Of a DNA stretch of 64,000 nt, positions 39,577 to 52,390 are shown one piece after another (position 1 is the stretch's first letter; each line of letters begins with the position of its first letter). Both the position numbers and the translations under genes were made by a program. The DNA is from Vicugna vicugna (taxonomy: Eukaryota): the NCBI GenBank assembly GCA_013265495.1, contig MU058065.1, positions 8,597,819 to 8,661,818 on the forward strand. Direction: 5' to 3'. Below the pieces are notes generated by a model. It was not told the origin of the DNA, did no database searches, and was given only the letters and a program-made list of their open reading frames with translations.

Positions 39577-39692
39577 CTGCACAGTTGACCATATATACTT
39601 CCATTTCATTTGGGAATTTTGATTGTAGCAGTAACAGTTTGACTCAAAAGTTTTAATTAAATCCATTTCCTTCAAAGCTTTACACCTTGGAA
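39577..39692 (-). CDS. NEMP2: NEMP2 exon 2
   Basis: 116 nt, tttttcag / gtaaga. Encodes (V)PRCKALKEMDLIKTFESNCYCYNQNSQMKWKYIWSTVQ. Confidence 0.95.
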
Positions 39693-40276
39693 CTGAAAAA
39701 TGAAAAAGGGAATATATTTCCTAATATGTAATTGCTCAGAATCTTATCTTCTTTCTCCTTTGTTCACGGGGATAATGATAGCTGTTCTTACATTCTATGA
39801 CCAGTAAAATTCTTCTGCATGGTAATTATAGCTCTTCAGTCTTTCCAACCTAGCAGGAGACAAGACAAAAAAACTACAGCCCAGTATCAATACTCTTAGG
39901 ATGTATGGAGGAGCTGTAGGAGCACAGAGCACAGGCACTTCAGTCCTGGAGCAGAGGCAAGAACTGAGGGCAGCTCCCAGGAAACAGGAAACACAAGTGA
40001 TGCACTGAAGGACAGTCAGGGGCACTGAGACAGAGTCAGGGGGTAGGGGTGGCAAGTGCGTACAGAACTTGGGAGATGAGGGAACTCGTGGAAGTGGATC
40101 AGCCATTTATGAGGATGGAGTGTAGGGAATACACGAGGACACTGCAACACGTGCAGCTAGAGAGGTTACTACTACGCTAAGGAACGTGAAGAACTTCATG
40201 CTGAAAGCAGAGCACTGAAGGATTACAGGTAAGTCTAAAGGCTCAGAAGGAAACTGCTGACACTCAAAGGGGTTTA

Positions 40277-40741
40277 TTTTTCATTTTCATTTTTTTTAAC
40301 TTTTTTTTAATTTAGTTATAGTCATTTTACAATGTTGTGTCAAATTCCAGTGTAGAGAACAATTTTTCAGTTATACATGAACATATATATATTTATTGTC
40401 ATTTTTTTTCTCTGTGAGCTACCACAAGATCTTGTATATATTTCCCTGTGCTATACAGTATAATCTTGTTTTTGAAATCCCCGTCTGTCCTTCCCACCCC
40501 CTGCCCCCTTGGCAACCCCAAGTTTGTACTCTATGTCTGTGAGTCTGTTTCTGTTTTGCATTTATGTTTTGTTTTTTTAGATTCCACATATGAGTGATCT
40601 CATATGGTATTTTTCTTTCTCTTTCTGGCTTACTTCACTTAGAATGACATTCTCCAGGAGCATCCATGTTGCTGCAAATGGCGTTATGTTGTCGGTTTTT
40701 ATGGCTGAATAGTATTCCATTGTATAAATACACCACATCTC
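40277..40741 (-). mobile_element. Young 5'-truncated L1 (ORF2 C-terminus plus 3'UTR) with TSD
   Basis: Encodes MWCIYTMEYYSAIKTDNITPFAATWMLLENVILSEVSQKEKEKYHMRSLICGI*, the L1 ORF2 end. T-rich tail, and TSD ctcaaaggg[g/a]ttta at 40263 and 40742. Confidence 0.92.
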
Positions 40742-43030
40742 CTCAAAGGGATTTAACTGCAAAGAGTCCAGGGAAGATGTGGGCAGGGTTAAGGCATGAA
40801 CGACAATGCAGCAGAAAGCCTTCCACACCCCTAGGCCTGAAATGGCAAGGGGAGGACCTCTTGTTAGTGGAGCTACTGGAGGTGGCAAGACAGGAGTCTA
40901 AGGGAATGCAATCCTGCCAGGCTCCAGCAGAAGCTCTCTCCTGCCCCGATCAGTGCCTCTCACGGCCAAACCCTAAGGGAAGCCAGAGGGCAAAAATGCC
41001 CACAGAGGTCAGCTTCCTGGAGCTGAGCAGGGGAGAGAAGGGCAGAGAATGGCTCATCAGGAACAAACAGAGAATAGCCAGCTCAATCAGGAAGCGACAG
41101 GAACACAGTCATGTCTCAGGAAGAGCATTCTATGAGCCACGTGAAATATTAGCAGGGAAGACTGAAAGCAGAAGAGCCGTGAAGAAGGCTCCCAAAGCAA
41201 CCTAAGCAAGGAATGAACTAAGTAGGAGGGAGAACAGATTAAAGAGCACTTAGGAAGTGTAGCCGACACTCAAGACTGGATTCATGAGAGAGGAGAGCAA
41301 GAAGATGGTGTGAAGATTCTGGTGAGTGGGGAGATGGTGAGGCCCTTTTCCCAGATGAGCAATACTGGAGAAGCATGCATGTGCAGGGAAATGGGGGTGA
41401 TTTTAATTCTGGACACACTGGGTTTTGGTTGGTGGGACCAGGGGAAGATGGCTAGGTCTGCAGCACAGGACAACTTCGGCTGGAAACAGATGTAGTACGT
41501 ACATACATGTGTGTTCTATGTAATATATAAAAAATATATAATATGCATATTATGTAATACATAATACAACACAACACAATATAACAGAGAGAGAAAAAGA
41601 GAAGACAGGTGCTGCATTATAGATGGAAAATGTAGTAAGTGCCATGAGAACATTATGAAGTAATGGTTTATTTTATTCCACTTTATTTGAATTTAAAATA
41701 AAGTGAGATAAAAGTCATATATTCTTCTGGATCTAGGAGAGGGTGTCATCACTATGTCTGCCAAATATGAAACAGGAACAGGGAATGTTTATGGGCACAC
41801 AGAGAAATGGGCCTTATGCTCAACCAGATTCCTCTAAGGAGAGTGTGGTCAGCTGTTTCTCCGGAAAAATCAGAAATGAAGTTGGAACAACCTGCTACAC
41901 CAAAGTTGGGGAGGGACTGGGTAACCACTAATAACTAGTTAGTTAACAATTATATCCATTTAGGGAATAACACTGCATAAGCCCAGATAGGTCCTCGTCC
42001 TGGCTAACATCCCTAGCTGTTTCCATGCTTAAGCTAGAGAGAAGTGAAGACAGACACTGTAAATGCCCAAACCTCCTAAAATACAACTGCGTAAAAGTCA
42101 GGGTTCTTGGGCGGCTGCACAAAGCAGGGAAGTTACACGAGTATCCAGCGTCGCCCACTGTGACGCTATGAATCATTTAATCTTTACTCAATATTGTGAG
42201 GAAATGCATATGTTTTAAAATATACTAACAAATTTGCAGAGTTTGAGAGTCTGGGGTGCAGATACAAGAATTCATGTTAAGAGGCTGGTCTTAAAAAGGC
42301 ATGAGACAGAAGCTCTAGAGGCTCTCTGTTGAACACAGGATACAAAAATCAAAAGTGCATTTCTGCATGGTCTGTCTACACACAAGAGCGAAAAGCAGAA
42401 CAGTGTTACCAACACAGAAAGCAACGGATGCTGGGCTGCCTTCTTGGGTATATCTGAGATGCAAATGCCCCCGGCCATGGGCTGCCCGAGGGAGATGGCA
42501 CTCCTGGGACATCAAGGGGCTGCATCTGGCCGTACAAAAGATGAGTGTCAAGGGAGGCAGTGTGGATCCTGGAAGAGCCTGAGCAACTGCGGTGAGAACA
42601 CACTACACACATGAAGAGCCTCCAGATAGTGAGCAGCAGAGGTGGCATTAGGAGGGCTCCAGACTCACCTCCCGGTATCCCATGTTCTGCCTCCCATAGC
42701 CTCCCCAACGCTCTCTGCACAGCAGCAGGGTGAAACTGGGTGGCTAGAGTTGAGGACGTTGTGCTGGGGGTCCCCGCCTAATCCTGCGAAGGACGCACAC
42801 TCCAACAGGACAAGTGAAGAGTGTGGGGTATAAGGTCTGCAGAACCCTGCAGCCCAGACCATTACCAGAACCTTAACTTCAGCCTGTTCTTTCTTTAGGG
42901 TTATTCCTAACACCATACGTGTGCTCGCTGCTAGGAGTCCCTTCCTGCGACCCCTCTCCTAGTGGGAGCCACTACTTCAAGGGCTGAATCAGTGCCCATA
43001 AGAACAGTTAGCTACCCTCATTAGTGGTCT

Positions 43031-43794
43031 GAAGGCCTCCCCGAGAAGGTGACATTTGAGCAAACACGTTATTAGAAGCAGCAAGCTCTGCCGAGATCTG
43101 GGGAAAGCGAGCTGCAGGTGGAGGAAAGCAGAAAAGCGTGAGGCAAGGATGGCTCTGCACCCTGAGGACAGGACGGTTGCTGTGGCCAGAGAAACACCTT
43201 CTCCGGGGCCTCAGCTTTGTAAACAAATGCTACCTTAAAATGGGTTTTTTCCCCATTCAGTCCTAAGACAGCCTCCTAAATCATCTGATACCTGTAACTC
43301 TTAAGATAAGAGCAAGATGATGCAATATAGGTAGAGTGCAAAAGTTTCAGTTTAGGAGGAAATGCTTCTCTGCTTTCCTGGCCACAGGCTTCCTTCCTGC
43401 ACTTGGATTCCTGTAGCAGACTTCCAGCTGGTCTCCCTGCTTCCAGAATCGTCCCTGTGATTCTCCCCCACAACCTGTTCCCTAACCAGCACATGTAGAT
43501 CTTTTAAAAACACCCAGGAGGGCACATCACTTGCCTGCTCAGAACCCTCCAATGACTTTTCATCAGACCCATCATAAAACCCAGCCTCCCTTCCCCGGAC
43601 CTGGTTCCTCTGACCTGCCCTCCTCCACTTGCCCTCCCACCTGGCTTCTCCGGCCAAGGCAACGCTCCTGTCCTCAGGGTGCAGAGCCACCCCACCTCAC
43701 ACGTTCCTGCTTTCCTCCACCTGCAACTCGTTTTCCTCAGATCTTGCTGCTTCCAATATGTATGCACAAACGTCACTTTCTCGGGGAGGCCTTC
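43031..43794. repeat. Inverted repeat pair (arms 43031-43195 and 43645-43794), L2-like sequence
   Basis: Both arms read gaaggcctccccgagaa[g/a]gtgac...gcaggtggaggaaagcag...tggctctgcaccctgaggacagga in opposite orientations. ORFs on opposite strands both contain MALHPEDR. Confidence 0.85.
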
Positions 43795-46700
43795 CCTGAC
43801 CCCACTGTCTAAAATGGCCCAGTCCAACCCCTTTCACTGGTGTCCTTCTGATTCTGCTTTGTTTTCTCTTCATATTACCTACCTGTGTTTTAGTTTATAC
43901 TCTGTCTGTCCAAGAAGTTAGGGACACGGCATATCTATTACCATATCTCCAGCATTTAAATCTTTGCTTTGTGTGTGTGTGTGTGTGTTTGTGTGTTGTA
44001 ATTTGAAAGCATGGGTGGGTTATTTGGGCATGCAGGGTTGAGCCAGTGAAAGCCTGGCCAGTCTCTGTAAGGGCCTGGCCAGTGCCAGACAACACCAGAA
44101 GAGGAGGTGCGCTCTGGCCCTCCCCTTGAAGCAGCCTGATGCGGGACCCCCGTCCAGCCTCTGCGATTGCCATCCCACTGACGGAACCTGCAGGCTGCAC
44201 CTCCCCTTTACCCTCCTCCAGCGTTCTCAGTGTATCCTTAACTGGCGGGTCGAGAGCTGAAACCCTCAATATCCCCTGCACTAGAGGCCCACTGCTTCCT
44301 CCTCACCAGAGGAAGGCAGGGGGAAGCAAGAGGTGGCAGTCAGTTCGTTTTTATTTTGCTGGTACGCGGTACATCAGGGTATTGTGCGTAAGGGACCTCC
44401 CAGTTAGAAGAAAAGAACTTGCTCTGATTTCTCCTTGGTCTTCAGCCAGATTAAGGAAAGTAAAGACAGAGGAGGTAGGCTGCCTTGACTACTGACACCT
44501 ACAGGAACACTACTGAAGAGCATGTTGCAAACAGGGTCCCCCTGGAATTCTGCGGGGTGGCCTCTGGCCCTTGAGGCGAAGTTGATGCAGAATTCACACA
44601 ATACATGAGATACTGCAGACAGGAGTCAGCACTTCCTGGTGTCCCCTGGCTGCCCATAGTTATCATCTCCCTCCTGAAGTGAATGCATTTCAATCAACCC
44701 ACACAAGAATCCCTAATTACCTTTGGAACCAGACACTCATGGCCACAAGAAACCACAACCCTAGCTCCAAGTGAGTTCATGTGAATCTTAAGCCATGGGC
44801 TCATTGGACTAGCATAAGACAGCAACTTGTGACAGTCAAGACTGCTACCGTGGGCCGCCTACTGCCTCCCCAGAGAGAACCAGAGCTCTTAATCTTAGAT
44901 TGTTTATAAAGGTTATGTCCTTCCCAGACCTCTCCGCCCTTCAGCAGTCTTCGTCTAGAGACAGTTCATTGTTCAGTTTCCGTTTCCTCTATCTTCTCCT
45001 GAGGGTGGGAAATAGAAAAGGTAGCCTGCTTAGCTGAACTTCTATCACCTGTTCAGGTCCTGACACTGAAGGCCGTGAAGCTGCCAGCACGTCTGCAGGT
45101 GTCATTTACTCACGTGACCTCAGTCTTTGCTTGTTCATTCAGTTAGGATGGAACTTCCTAGTGGCAAATGCAGGCAAATTCAAATATATCACAATATCAA
45201 CAATAACCCTTTACAATGCCATCCAGAAAATGAAAGCAAATTTCTAGGGATTCATAAAAATGTCACAATAACCATTCATTTGGTCAGAAGAGAACACCAC
45301 CTGCCAGGGAAAGCCACTGCTTCCCCCTGGAGCTGAAACACGCCTCCTTCCCAGAGGGCACCCCCATACCCTAGGTATGCACTTCCTCAAACCGGATTCA
45401 GATCAGGAGCATGGGTGCAAGCGTGGGCTCTCTGCCTCATTTCCCAAGCACTTAGGAGTAAGTGCGGGACCAACCCTGAGCGCCCGCCTTACTGCGGCCA
45501 CCCAGCAAGGCCAGGGACCGAGCAAGGCCCTTCTTCACTCTGCAGTCCTTGGCAGGCTCTCCTGAACCTTTCAATAAACCTGACTTCTGGAGAACAATAT
45601 GCTTTTAAACAGTTGTGCCCAATTGCTAAGACAAAGCACAATTATTTCCATTACCAAAGAATTCGAATCAGGGCTCCCATAACCACTGAGATCCCTCAGT
45701 TCACTTTAAATACCAATTTGGAAATACTCAGTAATCGAATGTTAGGACTAGGTATCTTATATATAAAAAAGGGACAGCTGCGTATTACCTGATTTGACTA
45801 ATAAATTAAATCCAAAGTTACTCCTTTGTACGACCTTTGTCATTTATTAGTTTTCCTAAATGTATAAGGATATATTTAAGTGAGAGTTTAGTCATACAGA
45901 AGGTAAAAATATTCAGTCAAAACTTCAGAAAAGGGCAGGTAGTACTTAAACCTACTTACAGAATATACTAAAAATAAAAAGCACAGACATTCTTCAAATC
46001 TTAGCAGATCTTAAACAATCTCCAACATAAAAATATTTCAGCAATGGTCCTTCTGAAAACTTAACCTTACATGGCCCTTATGGTGAAAAAAAATCTTCAG
46101 ATGAAATTATAACAGAATAATAAACCACTTATTAAATTAGACTGCCATTTTTTCCATTTGGCCTATAAAACTGCTTTTGTTTTGAGACAAGTAAGGGGAG
46201 GGAGAGAATACAAAAAGCAACAAATCTTAACTCCTGAGAGTTCAAAGGGAGGAAGGATTTTTCTTGGTATTATTTCGTAAATTCATTTTCAAAGCAGTTA
46301 GCATGTTACAAAAGTAACTTCTCTACTAACCCCAGCTGTTTTTTTTTAACCTGGCTTGAATTTAAATCTTGGTTTTCATTTCTCCAAGAACGTGCATAGA
46401 GAATGAAACTGAAAATACCACCTGCTGACGCACATACGGGTCTGATTTTAACTTCAAGAATTGATTTGCTTCTCCACAGATGAATCAGAAAGCTGTGGTT
46501 TTGAATGGCTGATTGCTGTAGTTCAGTCCTGGGAATTCACTGCTATGACCTGAACTTCGTCTCAGGACAACACATGGTTTCTAGGGACCTCACTCACTGG
46601 TTGCAAACTATGGATGTCTCTTGGCTTGAAGTTTCTCTTCCTCTCAGCCAGACAACTACTCGCCACTCCTGTGTCAACTGCCTCTGACCTTCCTCCAGAT

Positions 46701-48399
46701 ACAGTGACAGAAAGCTGGCCTCAGTCTGGCTGTTCTCCAATCCATGCAAGGGTATGTGTGCTCAAGACAGAATTTTAGAACAGGAAGTATAATCTAATCC
46801 AAGTCTCTCACATTATAGTTGGGGCCCCTTTTTTAATAAAAGAAAGTACCAGCTGTTTGATCTCAGGGTTCCTTATAAAACTGCAGACTTTTAGGGCAGC
46901 AATGGCTCTCAGACTTAGTCTAATCCAGAGGTTCCAACACCAGAGGTGTCAGGGGCACACTCCAGGATCCTGGATTCTGGATGCTTGAGTTGTAAAGCCC
47001 ATCTGGAACGGCAAGTGTTGCTATAAGGCTACAGAAGCTGCCATTTTTCTTGGCTCTGGGCTAGAATCTCATTAACTCAGCAGGTATCCTGCATCAGGCA
47101 GAACAGAAGCATTTATATATGATTTGATTAACAAAATATAGACGTTGACAGCGTTAACACCAAATGCAGCAACATAAAACCCTGAAAAACATTGGGTTCA
47201 CTAAGGTAAATAAAAGGTGAGGAAAATATTGGAGATCATTCAGCTATAGAACATCTTCATTTTACTGATGAGAAAACTATGGCCCATAAAGATTTATGTG
47301 CTGGACCAAGGTAATTCTACAAGTGGGTGGCTGAATGTAATGACTGATCTAGAAATCAAGGTGCTGGATGTTGGTCCAGGGCTACTTACAATTTTCTGGC
47401 TGTTGCCATGCTCAGAAACCCTCCTTCTTAGACATACCTGTGATTTATTTTTTCAACAGTGTATGCTGGTTACGTTTCTTACTACCAAGCCTTTGTTTCT
47501 GTATCTGTAGAATGGGTATATAAGTGGTACCTACCCCGAAGGGCTACTATAGGTATTAAAAATAAGGCAATGCAGATTAAAGCACTTTTAACACTGCCCA
47601 GCACATAGTAAACACAAGAAATGTCTGTTCAATGAAAACTGGTATTGAATAGTCTCCCAAAGTATACCTCATTGCAAGATTCCCATGAGTTGGCATCTCC
47701 AGCTGAATCTGATAACTGCCTTCATCCTTAGACAAAGAATCCTGATTCTATTGGAGGAGAGCAGCTGTGCCCAGCTAAAGACCACACTTGGTTGCCGCCC
47801 TTGCAACCAAAGGCGGGCAATGAGATGAAGAGGAGTTAGTGTACAGTGATTCCAGGAAATCATTTAAAGGATTTCACGGGAGGGAGAATGAAATAGAAAT
47901 GTTAAACTCATAGCAAATTAGTAGCAGTTCTGGAATCCTAACTCCTGACTTGCCCTGCTGTGTCAGGATCTTGAGAGCACTCCACAGACAGCCCCTAACA
48001 ACACTATGAGCACCTGCCCTTTGATTCCTACTACCAGGCACTCTGCACACATTAAACATCACAATAATCCTGTGAAATAGTATCACCTGTGTTTTATGCG
48101 TGACCAGTAACACGACTCACTCAAGGTCACAGAGCTAGTCAGGGCAGGGGAATTTCAGTGGAATTCTAGAGCCAAAGCTCTTACCTTCTCTAGTCTTTAG
48201 TGCAAAGTTACAGCTAGATCGAGAGCTAATATGGTTCTCAGCCTAAGCTGATGTATTCAAACGCCCTGTGTTGAAAGTCCGGAGACTAGGGTCATCAGTA
48301 GCAGTGACTATCTTCTGGTGCTTTTGTAAAACGAAAAACAGAGAGAACTTTGCCATTGTTTCTAGTCCCGAAATCCTTGTGTCTAAGCGCCAGCACAGG

Positions 48400-49150
48400 G
48401 ACCAGGAAAGCCCAAGCCAGCGGAAAGGGAAGTTGGGCCTGGCCCGCGCGCAGGCCGCGCCTGCGGGGGAGCTCTACGCTGGGCAGGGAAGCCCTACGCT
48501 GGGCAGGGAAGCGCCGCCCGTGCCCGGGGCCCTGGCGCGCGGGCAGGGAGGGCGCGGTCCGCCGCCGGGAAGTCGGGAGAGCCGAGCGGGAAGGAGGGGG
48601 AAGGGGAGCGTGCGCGCGCCCGCCGCCCGTGCCCGCGGTTACCTGACAACGCGGCCGCCGCCGCCGCCTCCTCCTCCCAGCGCACGGCGCCTGCGGGCGG
48701 CGCGGCCAGGGGCGGCAGCCAGAGCAGCAGCCAGCACGGCCGCATCCCGCCAGGGGGTCAACTCCGGGCGGCCCCGCGGCGGCCCGAGCCCTAGGGGGTC
48801 GCGCTCAGCCAAGAGGAGCAGAAGCGGCGCGGGGCCCAGACGAGGCCGGGGGGCGGTGAGGCCTGCGCGCCGTCGAGGCGGACGTCCCGCCTCCCCCGAG
48901 GAGGAAGAGTCGGGCCGCAGCCGCCGCCTCCGCGCCGCCCCGTCCGGGCCCCTCCCCGCCTCCCGGCCCCCGCCCCGCCTTTCCCTGGAGGCCGGGGGCC
49001 CCTCCCACCAGTCTCCGCGGTCTGGGCCAGGGTCTGGGGAGGAGGCCCCCTCCCCGTGAGTTGTGCCTAAAACTTCCCCCGATTTTCGACTGGCGGGGTT
49101 TTAGGGCTCAGTCCTCAAGAGTTCCCGGGAGTGACACCCCAGGAAGGCGC
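48400..49150 (-). promoter_or_regulatory. NEMP2: CpG island / NEMP2 promoter
   Basis: Very high GC and CpG density around exon 1, with several GC boxes (ccccgccc/cccgcctc) at 48885-48980 and no TATA box. Confidence 0.9.
48643..48745 (-). CDS. NEMP2: NEMP2 exon 1 (signal peptide)
   Basis: ATG at 48745. 103 nt encoding MRPCWLLLWLPPLAAPPAGAVRWEEEAAAAAALS, donor CAG|gtaacc. All nine exons join in frame (1275 nt). Confidence 0.92.
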
Positions 49151-49344
49151 AGGCTCTTCAGCAACCCCCCTTTTTATAAGAAGTCCGTGTTTAATTTTCC
49201 TTTTTATTTTTTCATTTTCCTTTTTGTCTGTAACAAGCAATCACAAATTGGCAGTTTCATTGCTTAAGTAACTTCTCACATTTCAGTATAAAGAGGATAT
49301 AAAACATTTTCTCACAAATATAACATATCCCTTAAAATCAGCTT

Positions 49345-49650
49345 TTTTTTTTAGATACAGAGAACTAATTGGTGGTTGGTGTGGGAACCTGTGGGAAGTG
49401 AGTGAATTGGGGTGAAGATGATCAGAAGATGCAAAAGACAAGTTCTTGGGATGTAATGATGACTAAAGTTAACAATACTGTAAGGTATATTTGAGAGCTG
49501 GTAACAGGTCTTAAAAGTTCTCATCATAAAAAAAAAAGCTGAGGAAATGGATGTTAAATAAACTTGTATTTGTAATTAATACGTTTTTCAAATCATTATA
49601 CTACACCCTGACACAATGTTATATGTCAATCATATCAATAGAACTGGAAA
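49345..49650 (+). mobile_element. L1M 3' end fragment
   Basis: atgactaaagttaacaatactgta...gtcttaaaagttctcatcataaaaaaa...aatgttatatgtcaatcatatcaata. Confidence 0.65.
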
Positions 49651-50599
49651 AATATCTTGAGTGGCTTTAATATTGATAATTGATATAGAACTTGTAGCCT
49701 TAAATACTATTATACTGTACTTTTTTTTTTTTAAGTGCAAACAAACCCTTCTCAAGCCCTGGAAACTCATTAATGTGATTTGGTATTTTATACTAAACAT
49801 TCCCTGGAACAAAAGATCATTTCCTCTTTTCTAATTTTGGGCTTCTGCTAAGGTACTTCAGAGAACCGAATTGTGACAGAAATCATCCTCTAAAAATAGA
49901 TTAGCCTCATTTTCCCCAAAGGTCTGAGTAGAACTCACCAGACTTGTCCTGGCTTCAAAGTAAAGTTTAACCAATTGCCTTCAAACCCCTGGTGCCATGT
50001 ACACACCCATATACGGCTTTTAGAAAGTTCAGAAATCTCCTTGTAAAGGACTCGAGTTCAGAAATATCTCTGCAAGGGAATCTTGAAGGGGGTGAGTTTT
50101 GAGAAGAAACTGTTATTACTCGAACTCCCACCTTGTCTGACCCTGCAGACTATCTCCAGAGAAACAGCAGAGCCTCTGATCTCAGTGTGAGGTTTGCACT
50201 TGCCTCTTGCATAACGGTTTTTTCCTTAATCATACCCATTTTGATCTTGTTTAATTTTGAATGGCACTATGAAACGTGCCTAAAAGAAACAGGTATATTC
50301 TTGAATAACAAGTGTGTTTTCCTACAGCTGTATCGGGTAGAGAAACAAAAGAACAGGAAGCAGTGTATTAAATTAATATTTAAAGTGCTCTTCATGTAGC
50401 ATATCCTTAATAAATATCTTTAGCTTCTTAGTACAGAACCTAAGTCAAAACACTACATTCCTCTCTACAGGATAGCAATAAATATTCTTCCAGAGATAAC
50501 AGAATCGTAGAAAGTGACAGTTCTGTCATTAGGTGACAATCATAAAATCCCACCTAAACTCCCCAAACTTTCCTTTCATATGGAAACCTTAAGCCACAG

Positions 50600-51229
50600 G
50601 AAGGGGCAGAAAATACCACCCCCAACAGAGCCATGGCAAAGACCCCTGCTTCTAGTGGAGAGATAGAAGCACAAACTCTCACCCCCGGGGGAGCAGGAAA
50701 CACTGGGGTTCAGTGTCTTGACATGACGCAAAGTAGAGGTTGGCAGCCGCTGGGAAACCCTCTCTCACTCAAGACACACCACAGATAAAGGCGGGATTTG
50801 CATGCCCATTTCTGGGTATAAATATTACTTTCCTTAGTCTTTACTGTTTTTTCATAATACCCATTCGATCAAAAATTATAAGACACCCAAACAAGCGGGG
50901 GGCGGGGGGAGAATCCATTATCAAAAAGCTAAAGAAATCAACAGAATCAGATTCAAAAATGACCCACATGTTGGACTACAATTAATAAAGGATCTAGTGG
51001 AAAGAGGGACATCTGAGAACATATAGGAAATTTCAGCAAAGAGATGAAAACAATTAAAAATGTCAAATGGAAGTGCTAAAAACTAAAAGCACATTATTAG
51101 AATTGAAGAATTTCTTCAGTGGGCTTATCAGAAACCTGGAAGTAGCTGAGGAAAGAAAGAATTACTAGTGAACTTGAATATGGGTAAATAGAAATTATCT
51201 ACCCATATAGAAACACAAGGAAAGAACAA

Positions 51230-51308
<79 letters not shown>

Positions 51309-52390
51309 CAGGGCATCCAAGATCTGTGAGCCAATATCAAGTGGTTTAACTGACATAATTGGAGTCCCAGAAGGGAGAGGAAGGATGAAGCAGAGGAAAT
51401 AGTTAAGACATAAATCTGAGAATGTTCCTAAATTAATGAAAACTGAAGAGAAACAGAAAATCTTGAAGACAGCCAGAGAAAAATGAAACACTGCAAACAG
51501 AGAGAGAAAATTTACATCACACTTCTTGTCAGAAATCATGTAAGCCAGAAGATAATGGAGTGACATCTTTGAAGTGGTGGAAGAAAAAAAAATATTAATC
51601 CAGAATTCAATACCCATTTATAATATCTTTCAAAAAAATGGAAGGCAAATGAAGCTTTTTTTTTTTTTCATTTCCAACAGGCTTTCACTACAAGAAATAT
51701 TAAGGAGTTCTTCAGCATTTGGATCTACACAAAGAAATAAATAGCTCTATAAATTATAAAAATGAAAGTAAATATAAAAGTTTTATTATTTTAATCACTC
51801 TAAAAGATAATTCATCTAAAGGAAAAATGTTGCAGTGCACTGTGGGGCTTATCTGTAGAATTAAAATGAAAGACAACAGTACCACAAATAATGAAAAGAA
51901 AGAAATGGAAGCATACTCTCAAAAAGTTCTTTCACTATACATAAAGTGATATAATGGTACTTGAAGTTAGACTGTTATAAATTACAGATGTATATGTAAA
52001 CATTACAGCAATCACTAAAATCTTTTAATAAGAGGTATAACTAATAAGCCAATAGTGGAGATAGAAGGGAATAATAAAATAATCCAAAAGAAGTCAAGAA
52101 TACAGGGGAAAAAAGGATGAAGAACAAATTGGCAAATAGAAAACAACTTAAAAAATGTCAAATCTAAATCCAACCACATGAACAATTATATTAAATACAA
52201 ATGGTCTCAATGTCCAAATTAAAAGGCAGATATTGTCAGATTGAATAAATAAGCAAAAGTTTATTTACTAGGAATACACCTTAAGTATAAAGATAAATCA
52301 GTTCGAAAGAAAAGGATGGGAAAAGATAATGCCATACAAACACCAATCAGAAGGAAGTTGAATGGCTAAATTAATATCAGACAATTACCA
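50600..52390 (+). mobile_element. Old L1 (ORF1 / inter-ORF / ORF2-start remnants)
   Basis: A-rich sense strand with L1 ORF1 hallmarks (ataattggagtcccagaagg, aaaatcttgaagacagccagagaaaaa, ccagaagataatggagtgacatcttt) and ORF2 start-like ccaaattaaaaggcagatattgtcagattgaata. Confidence 0.75.
51230..51308. repeat. (TAGA)n tetranucleotide microsatellite
   Basis: About 17-18 perfect tandem GATA units inside the L1. Confidence 0.97.

Noticed and set aside
48268..49059. 263-aa plus-strand ORF
   Set aside because: It is antisense to NEMP2 exon 1 in a CpG island. The R/G/P/A-rich composition is what stop-poor GC-rich DNA produces.
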